From IMG/VR virus record IMGVR_UViG_3300028833_000068, positions 1-64,000 of that record: a stretch of 64,000 bases of DNA; one strand, written 5' to 3'. Numbering within the stretch: the first letter of the stretch is position 1; the number at the start of each line of letters is the position of its first letter. Below the pieces are notes generated by a model that saw only the letters and a program-made list of their open reading frames with translations, had not been told where the DNA came from and did no database searches. The DNA comes from a virus. Taxonomy: Duplodnaviria > Caudoviricetes. Below, in pieces: positions 7,479 to 13,821 of the stretch. A program made the position numbers and the translations under genes.

Positions 7479-8423
7479 TTATTTTTCGTTTATGTCTATT
7501 TTTGCAATAAGTGGATAATGGTCTGATGATGTTATATTAGTATCAAAAGAACATTCTTTCAATGACAATTGATATTTTGACTTATCATTATTAACATAGA
7601 ACAACTTATCACAATCTGAATGATTTGTTGGGATTGCTTCTTGAATATTTAATCCATTTATATTATTAATGGCATTAATCAAATTATCTTGAATGTTTGT
7701 TTTATCCCATTCATACTTATCGTAAGTATTTGTGTCACCAAATATGATAATTGGGTTATATGATTTGGCTTTATCTATATATTCCACCAATTGTTTTAAC
7801 TGTGATTCTCTTGCTTCCAAATCTCCAGATATATTTGGACATTTTTCTGCATCATAAAAATCAGCATCCATGTGTAACATATACACATCCAATGGAATTT
7901 CGTTATCTATAACGGTAGTATAATATCTAAATCCTTTATGAGTTAATGCATCATTAGCATGCGTAAAGTACCCATAGCACTTTTTCCATCGTTTAATGTC
8001 TTCTGTTTTTTGAATGACATCAATTCTATTTTTCTTAGCAATGATATTAATACCATCACATTTAAATCTAGGCAATGGAAAATAAGTTAGCCATTCTGTA
8101 TTTGAAAATAACTTTGAAAGGTCAAATCCTCCTGTATATTTGCCACAAGAATAATTATCTTTCAATGATGACATTAATTCATCATGATAATTAAAGTCTT
8201 CTTGAACTCCTATAATATCTGCCTCAGAGGATGATAGATATTTGCTTATGTTTTCAATATCTTCTTTCTTATTTCCATTGTCATTAATTGAAATAATTGT
8301 TGTTCCTTTAAATAACTTATATATCCAAGCAATTGGTTTCAATATCCAAGGAAGGTCATTTAAATCCAATTCACTTGGCAAACCATCAATATTATAGGTT
8401 ATTAGCTTAATTGTTTTATCCAT
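7479..8423 (-). CDS. endonuclease/exonuclease/phosphatase (EEP) family protein
   Basis: ITYNIDG, DIIGVQED, GDTN, SDHYP motifs. Confidence 0.9.
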   Translation of the reverse strand: MDKTIKLITYNIDGLPSELDLNDLPWILKPIAWIYKLFKGTTIISINDNGNKKEDIENISKYLSSSEADIIGVQEDFNYHDELMSSLKDNYSCGKYTGGFDLSKLFSNTEWLTYFPLPRFKCDGINIIAKKNRIDVIQKTEDIKRWKKCYGYFTHANDALTHKGFRYYTTVIDNEIPLDVYMLHMDADFYDAEKCPNISGDLEARESQLKQLVEYIDKAKSYNPIIIFGDTNTYDKYEWDKTNIQDNLINAINNINGLNIQEAIPTNHSDCDKLFYVNNDKSKYQLSLKECSFDTNITSSDHYPLIAKIDINEK

Positions 8424-8463
8424 TTAATCTATTGTTCCTTCTTCTATTAGTTTTACCTTGTAT

Positions 8464-8501
8464 TTGACATACTCTCACGCCTAAAGGCATTGGGCTTTCT
8501 T
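8464..8501. mobile_element. possible orphan IS200/IS605-family end hairpin
   Basis: CTCTCACGCCTAAAGGCATTGGGCTTTCT resembles IS605/IS1341-type subterminal palindromes; no transposase nearby. Confidence 0.4.
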
Positions 8502-8551
8502 GGGAAATTTTTCGTAACTTTTTCATAACAAATTACAGTATTAATCATTTG

Positions 8552-8635
8552 GGTGATATGTTGGATTCGAACCAACGTGAGCTTTCGCTACCAGGACCAC
8601 AATCTGGCGTCATCGGCCTCTAGACGAATATCACC
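8552..8635 (-). tRNA. tRNA-His(GTG) with G-1 and long variable arm
   Basis: G-GTGATAT/ATATCAC-C73, CCAGA TT-GTG-GT CCTGG, AGC-GAAA-GCT variable hairpin. Confidence 0.9.
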
Positions 8636-8832
8636 ATATTAAAAACGAACAGTAGTATATGCCATTACGAGCAGATACCATTACTAGTTACTATCAATTG
8701 CCTCAGCATATCGTCATCATTTTTACAGTACTACTATTATATGACTATTGTTTGCCTACTTCCTATCAAGTCTGTTCTTCTGTGTAGACTTCCCTACATT
8801 GCACGAAGCGGTGACTACAATCCCCCAATGCG

Positions 8833-8917
8833 TGGACTGTATGGGACTCGAACCCATCGTTCTGTATGGTCTTCGTGCGCCTAACCGACCAGCGTTTCCC
8901 TACCACATTGACAGCCC
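8833..8917 (-). ncRNA. tRNA-like RNA with G3:U70 (Ala-type) acceptor, no canonical D or anticodon arm
   Basis: GGGCTGT/ACAGTCC-A, ATGGG TTCGAGT CCCAT, TGGTC/GACCA stem with a 15-nt loop. Confidence 0.7.
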
Positions 8918-8929
8918 ATGTTAAAAAAC

Positions 8930-9045
8930 GGAATCATTAAAACTAAGGTGGTGCAGGATTCGAACCTACGTTCTCTTGGTAAAATCCAAGGCTTTAGTCC
9001 ACTAAGCTAACCGTCTGAAGTTTATATCAATTGCTGTTAGATTCC
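8930..9045 (-). ncRNA. ACAGCA-stem element 6: whole tRNA body (UUU-like loop) inside the scaffold
   Basis: GGAATCTA-ACAGCAA...ATGATTCC; GCTT AGTGGACTA AAGC, CTTGG ATTTTA CCAAG, GTAGG TTCGAAT CCTGC. Confidence 0.8.
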
Positions 9046-9051
9046 TTTTTG

Positions 9052-9134
9052 TCAGGTGGGTAGGATTCAAACCTACGAACTTCTGCTATATCAACACGGC
9101 TATATTTGCAGAACAATGATGCCGTTTCCACCTG
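9052..9134 (-). ncRNA. non-canonical tRNA-like RNA
   Basis: CAGGTGG/CCACCTG-A, GTAGG TTTGAAT CCTAC; TTCTGC/GCAGAA stem; ACGGC/GCCGT possible pseudoknot. Confidence 0.7.
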
Positions 9135-9139
9135 TTTTG

Positions 9140-9212
9140 TCTAGATGAAAGGACTCGAACCTTCGACCACAGCATCCCAAATGCCGCATTCTACCTACTG
9201 AACTACACCTAG
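9140..9212 (-). tRNA. tRNA-Pro(TGG)
   Basis: CTAGGTG/CATCTAG, CGGCA TT-TGG-GA TGCTG. Confidence 0.92.
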
Positions 9213-9325
9213 ATTTGTGCCACCATAGATAATACTCTAGAATTCTTGCATTATATCCTCTATAGTCTTATGCTGCTCTTAGAGAGGTTGCCTAAAGACT
9301 CATATTACTATGAATGAGCACTTTG

Positions 9326-9419
9326 TGGGAAGGGAGGGATTCGAACCCCCCTACTGCGAGACCAATACGCCCATTTGTTAATGCAGGACTGATTTACAGT
9401 CAGTTGACGTTACCTTCCC
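9326..9419 (-). tRNA. non-canonical tRNA-Tyr(GTA), D arm displaced
   Basis: GGGAAGG/CCTTCCC-A, ACTGA CT-GTA-AA TCAGT, GGGGG TTCGAAT CCCTC; only 8 nt between acceptor and anticodon arm. Confidence 0.8.
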
Positions 9420-9421
9420 TT

Positions 9422-9485
9422 TAAGCATAGGTTTCCTAACCACAATCCTTTCGAATTGACCACAGTGATGAGCTGTGTATGCTTA
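9422..9485 (-). ncRNA. small RNA carrying a CAT anticodon arm
   Basis: TAAGCATA/TATGCTTA closing stem, CACAG CT-CAT-CA CTGTG, GAAA tetraloop hairpin. Confidence 0.55.
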
Positions 9486-9486
9486 T

Positions 9487-9681
9487 TTAATCAAATGCAA
9501 TATAATGAAAATACAATGCCATTTTTTTAATTAATATATCCTCATCTATATCTTCTTTCTGAGGATACTTTCCTAGATATTGTTTTACCACTCTTTCATT
9601 TGCTTGTATGGTTGAGAATCCGAATTTATTCTCTTCCACCATTTTATTATATTTTTCTGTTAATCCTTTTACGTTAATCAT
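9487..9681 (-). CDS. hypothetical protein
   Basis: ORF track. Confidence 0.6.
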   Translation of the reverse strand: MINVKGLTEKYNKMVEENKFGFSTIQANERVVKQYLGKYPQKEDIDEDILIKKMALYFHYIAFD

Positions 9682-9684
9682 TTC

Positions 9685-9727
9685 ACTTAAACTTCCCTAA
9701 TCTTATTCCCTCTACGAGGTAATCATA
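9685..9727. repeat. 43-bp direct repeat, copy 1 (copy 2 at 10107-10149)
   Basis: acttaaactt(c/t)cctaatcttattccctctacgaggtaatcata, one mismatch. Confidence 0.9.
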
Positions 9728-9731
9728 TACC

Positions 9732-10088
9732 TCACTTATATTTAAATTCAATTATAAACACATTTTTATCTCTTCTATCGAATCTTGTTATGTTAAGGTT
9801 CTCAATACGTCCTTTCTCTTCATCGAGTCTGAATCCATCCTCAAATGAGCGATACACTTCTAGCTCTTTTGGATTCTGCGTGACAATACAAATCACCTTT
9901 TGCAATGAGTTATCTTCCGTATGACAGAACATTGCCCTCATACCCCTAAAGTTATTGTTTATAGCAATACCTCCGCTTGTAACGAGTCCTAATGCAAACT
10001 CTTCCCAAATAGGAATATCACACTCTAAATAAATACCCATACCGCAAGGGTCTTTGGCATTCAGATGTTCTTTCGTAATTACTTCCAT
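9732..10088 (-). CDS. hypothetical protein flanked by direct repeats
   Basis: ORF track. Confidence 0.7.
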   Translation of the reverse strand: MEVITKEHLNAKDPCGMGIYLECDIPIWEEFALGLVTSGGIAINNNFRGMRAMFCHTEDNSLQKVICIVTQNPKELEVYRSFEDGFRLDEEKGRIENLNITRFDRRDKNVFIIEFKYK

Positions 10089-10104
10089 ATAGCTTTATTT
10101 TAAA

Positions 10105-10542
10105 TTACTTAAACTTTCCTAATCTTATTCCCTCTACGAGGTAATCATACGTTATTTTCCAATCTGTTTCAGCATCAAAGCCAAACTTATCATCTATTCC
10201 CACATTGAAATAAGTTTTTTCTGTAAAGTCTGAGAGGTCAGTATTTCCAGTTTCTGAATTGATATTGACCATATCAAACTTTATGCCATTATTCTTGAAA
10301 AACTCAAGATATTCCTTGATGGCATTCTTATGAGTTGATGACCACAATATGAGTGATATTTGTTGTGCGTGTGACATGATGTCAAGTGTTTCCTTGGCAT
10401 ATGGAAACCATTCATGAGTTTCCTCATTATGGTAGCATGCCTTAAGGATTGTATCGTGAATATCCACGAGCACATATATCTTTTCCCAATTGCGTTCTTT
10501 CATTCTTTTGAAAGCTGCATCAAAACTCTTTTCTATATTCAT
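10105..10542 (-). CDS. HAD-superfamily phosphatase-like protein
   Basis: VDIHDTI motif I, LILWSS, GIDDK. Confidence 0.75.
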   Translation of the reverse strand: MNIEKSFDAAFKRMKERNWEKIYVLVDIHDTILKACYHNEETHEWFPYAKETLDIMSHAQQISLILWSSTHKNAIKEYLEFFKNNGIKFDMVNINSETGNTDLSDFTEKTYFNVGIDDKFGFDAETDWKITYDYLVEGIRLGKFK

Positions 10543-10745
10543 AACTATAATTGTATGTTATTAAAATAAAGGAGAGTAGTATCTAATTAAGTAAATCTCT
10601 AGAGTCGTTAAAGACATAATACAATCTATCATTTACCTTCGACCAATCGGCATCAAGATATACATCTTAATAAGACTTGCTCTCCAACAAGGCTTACCTA
10701 GTTTGAGTGTTGCTTGGCAACTCTCAGGGACTAATAAGCTCCATG

Positions 10746-10817
10746 TTGAGGCTGAATGAATCGAACATTCATAATGAGGACCAGAATCTCATGTAATAAC
10801 CATTATACGAAGCCTCA
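10746..10817 (-). tRNA. tRNA-Gln(CTG)
   Basis: TGAGGCT/AGCCTCA, TGAGA TT-CTG-GT CCTCA. Confidence 0.9.
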
Positions 10818-10824
10818 AGTTTAA

Positions 10825-10886
10825 GGGAACATTTTTAACTTATCCAAATTTGCAGTTCGATGTTAAATACATTGCTGTATGTTCCC
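10825..10886 (-). ncRNA. ACAGCA-stem element 7: minimal scaffold presenting a Cys(GCA) anticodon arm
   Basis: GGGAACAT-ACAGCAA...ATGTTCCC; TTAAC/GTTAA; TCGAA CT-GCA-AA TTTGG. Confidence 0.8.
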
Positions 10887-10992
10887 ACTATTTGATAGCA
10901 GGGTTGCTAGATTTCACTCAAATGACTTTACACATTAAACGTATCTGCATGCACTGTCCGTTCTTGAGACTGTCCTAGTACTTTCTGCTTTG

Positions 10993-11083
10993 TATTGGGT
11001 AGGGGATTCGAACCCCTGAAGAGTCTCGTAAAACTCTTACAAGATTGAAAGTCTTGCTACTTAAACCACTCGTACAACCCAAC
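10993..11083 (-). tRNA. tRNA with Glu(TTC) anticodon on a type-II (long variable arm) body
   Basis: GTTGGGT/ACCCAAT-A, CAAGA CT-TTC-AA TCTTG, AAGAGTTT-TACG-AGACTCTT variable stem. Confidence 0.85.
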
Positions 11084-11236
11084 ATTTGTAAAAAGGTCAG
11101 AGCACCATAGATAGTCTCGTTATTACGATTCGGATTTACACTATCCTCTGATAGAGGCACTATTCGTTTCCAAGTGAGTCATGTTGTACACCATGCGTCT
11201 CGAAACCTAACTATCATCCTCGAATGATGACCTTTG

Positions 11237-11310
11237 TAGCGTTAGCGAGACTCAAACTCGCAATCTCCACCTTGAGGGGGTGGCGGCTTAATCAGTTCGC
11301 CTATAACGCC
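11237..11310 (-). tRNA. tRNA-Glu(CTC)
   Basis: GGCGTTA/TAACGCT, CCACC CC-CTC-AA GGTGG; C33; A19/U56. Confidence 0.9.
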
Positions 11311-11315
11311 ATATT

Positions 11316-11504
11316 TTATATTGCACTTGGCATTTTGCGAATATCCATCGCTTCTGCCTTTCTCATTTCTTTGCAATACTTCTCTATTTCTATTCCTTCA
11401 TCATACCCAAGTCTATATGCCTTAGATATTGCATCATGAACTTTCGAAAAGTTCTTCCATTTTTCAAGAAGTTCTTGGTACTCTTTATAATTCTTACTTT
11501 CCAT
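11316..11504 (-). CDS. hypothetical protein
   Basis: ORF track; directly downstream of a promoter motif. Confidence 0.65.
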   Translation of the reverse strand: MESKNYKEYQELLEKWKNFSKVHDAISKAYRLGYDEGIEIEKYCKEMRKAEAMDIRKMPSAI

Positions 11505-11856
11505 GTTTTATTGCATTTATATGTTTCACGATGCAAAGATATGAAAAATTTTTGAAATAACCAAATTTTTAGCCAACTTTTAACAAAATTAAACAGTTTA
11601 AGGGTGAACATTCTGTAGATTGTTCACCCAATACATTATATATAATACCATGAAAAAGTCTGATATACTATAATAATATGATGATGTAAATCTACACTTA
11701 ACCTATGTACATACCTCTATGGCTTGGATATTCATACCCAAGCTCACGTGGCTGTTCTATATGTAGGTTAAATGTAATCATAATATTATTAATGCTATTT
11801 TATTATAAATATAATGTATTATCAAAAAAAAATCAATAAAACGATGAAAAAAAGTT

Positions 11857-12306
11857 TTAACTTCTTGCAGCAGCTTCTTTTTCTTCTCTTTCTTTTTCAA
11901 GAATTTCTCTCCATTTATTGGTAAATTCTTGAAAGATGTCAGTACCCTTTGCGATACCATAAACCTCCTTTGTCCATCCAAAGATTGATGTTCCAGTACT
12001 ACCAATCTTAAACCAAAGTTCTCCAGTATGGCTTGCGTCTGAGATTTCCCACACTTGATGCACCATTGGCCAAGATTCTCCATTTTCGCCACGCAACACA
12101 CAGAAAACTGCATCACCGCGTTTAACATCAATTGGAACACAAGGTCGAACTAGACAATATTCACGATTGCGGATTAAAGGAGATAGACTATCCCCGAATT
12201 CCCAATGATAGAATGATTCACCGTTTTTTAAGGCTTGTTCCATTTCATATGGGTCTTGAATGACCCTCAGCCCATCAATTGTTTCAGGTTCGTTTACTAT
12301 TCTCAT
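11857..12306 (-). CDS. S24/S26 peptidase-like protein
   Basis: FGDSLSPLI...VKRGDAVF...MVHQV resembles the signal-peptidase/LexA-type fold. Confidence 0.6.
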   Translation of the reverse strand: MRIVNEPETIDGLRVIQDPYEMEQALKNGESFYHWEFGDSLSPLIRNREYCLVRPCVPIDVKRGDAVFCVLRGENGESWPMVHQVWEISDASHTGELWFKIGSTGTSIFGWTKEVYGIAKGTDIFQEFTNKWREILEKEREEKEAAARS

Positions 12307-12322
12307 AATTTATTTTAATTTT

Positions 12323-13819
12323 TTATAATTTAAACATATTAAACAACGTTGAATTACTTAAATTTTTAGATATTCTTTTATCAATATTTATTCCAATTTC
12401 TCTTGACATTTGTGATAGGTCTTTTGACAGTTTACTTAGAGAAGTATCTAGAGAATCGAAATAGATGTCTAGTCCATCCATATATAAGTTAAGTGAACTA
12501 AGTCCGTTTTCCATATTAAAGTTTGGAAATTTTGGGAACTGTGGAACATCAATGTGGTAGTTTTTCATTCTAGCCACAGCTTCCTCAGTTCTTCTTCTTT
12601 GTTCCCTAATGCGTTTTTCTTCCTCTGCAATACGCTTCTTAGTTTCAGCTTCTTCCCTAGCTATTCTTTCAAGTCTAGCTTGTTCTTTCTTAGCCTTTTC
12701 AAGTTCATATTCCTCTACGGTATATGTTCCCAATTCATCCCAAGAGATTGAGAAATGGTCATTTGGGTTAAATCCTTCTAGAAACATCTTTGGAACACCG
12801 CTATACCCATCAATAGAAGATTCAAGAGTTGTTCTCTCTGCTAACGTAATCAATACATATACAGTATCATCATTTGAAATGAAATTACCGTGATTATATT
12901 TTAGAGTCTTTGGATATACCAATTTAATGTTTAATGGTGTTCTTTCTGGCTTTGCAAACTGCTGTCCTCTTTCGTCTCTATAGTAGACGATTGGTTCATT
13001 ACTGATAATCCTTAATGTTTGTGCAAATCTATCTTCCTTAATAAGTCTGCCACTAGGAGTTACCACAAAACCATTTTCATAGTCCTTGAATCCATCAAGT
13101 CTCAATAGAATATATCTAATGGTATTATCAACATCACTTAATGGAGATGTACCTAAGTCAGCCTTATTGAATGGAACGATTTCCTTTACCCTTTTCCAAT
13201 TAAGGTGTTTTGGAAACAACTGTAGCCCCTTTTCATATTCGATGCCAATATGGTCACAATCGTTTTTGGACAAGGTAAATATCTTATCTTGGTCTCCACT
13301 AATTTGTTTGACAATCAATGAATTGAGAGCGATGCCATCAAATTCATCGTGTAATGCCACAAGTTTATACACCTTTTCTGGCATTTCAAACCCCTCACAA
13401 GATACTCCCCTTAGTGCATAATTTTCGCCAACAATGAAATTTGGCATTGAGTCCTTTGACTCTTCGATTACCCCCATATCACTAAAGTCAACCGCCTCAA
13501 ACATTTCCTTTGGAAGTGTGAAACGGTTCTCAACCTTTCTATTATCTGTTCGATATGTTGGATTATGTCTTGTCACTTTTGTTGCAGAGTTATAATCAGC
13601 ATTAACCATGTCTGCAATACTTTCGAATATTGCTTGTGCAACACTTGGTTTATTCCTCATAGGGGTGAAATCTAATTTAAAGTTAATATTATTTGCGTTA
13701 TCCTCTTTGATAATGATATTCCCTTCATTATCAGTAATAACATGTGAAAATTCCAAGTGAGGGACTTTCCTCACTTGGGACTTTGGTCTTGGAATATTAG
13801 GAGGTGTTACCTTTCCCAT
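12323..13819 (-). CDS. hypothetical protein with C-terminal coiled coil
   Basis: 498-aa ORF directly downstream of the TelA-like gene. Confidence 0.8.
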   Translation of the reverse strand: MGKVTPPNIPRPKSQVRKVPHLEFSHVITDNEGNIIIKEDNANNINFKLDFTPMRNKPSVAQAIFESIADMVNADYNSATKVTRHNPTYRTDNRKVENRFTLPKEMFEAVDFSDMGVIEESKDSMPNFIVGENYALRGVSCEGFEMPEKVYKLVALHDEFDGIALNSLIVKQISGDQDKIFTLSKNDCDHIGIEYEKGLQLFPKHLNWKRVKEIVPFNKADLGTSPLSDVDNTIRYILLRLDGFKDYENGFVVTPSGRLIKEDRFAQTLRIISNEPIVYYRDERGQQFAKPERTPLNIKLVYPKTLKYNHGNFISNDDTVYVLITLAERTTLESSIDGYSGVPKMFLEGFNPNDHFSISWDELGTYTVEEYELEKAKKEQARLERIAREEAETKKRIAEEEKRIREQRRRTEEAVARMKNYHIDVPQFPKFPNFNMENGLSSLNLYMDGLDIYFDSLDTSLSKLSKDLSQMSREIGINIDKRISKNLSNSTLFNMFKL

Positions 13820-13821
13820 TA

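Noticed and set aside
9217-9321. Theta/HDV-like ribozyme downstream of tRNA-Tyr
   Set aside because: Could not fit the nested double-pseudoknot consensus by eye; kept only as a generic structured-RNA candidate
2712-10886. CRISPR array interpretation of the recurring ttgctgtacg-type motif
   Set aside because: Copies are dispersed, irregularly spaced and covary as stems; no cas operon. The PD-(D/E)XK nuclease is a stand-alone phage type.
10993-11083. Selenocysteine or opal-suppressor tRNA
   Set aside because: The 7-nt loop CTTTCAA places TTC, not TCA, at the anticodon; the acceptor is 7 bp
1345-11439. Short ORFs overlapping RNA genes (1345-1530, 2486-2776, 2935-3144, 6391-6672, 10975-11160, 11224-11439)
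   Set aside because: Overlap or lie antisense to tRNAs and ncRNAs; no protein features
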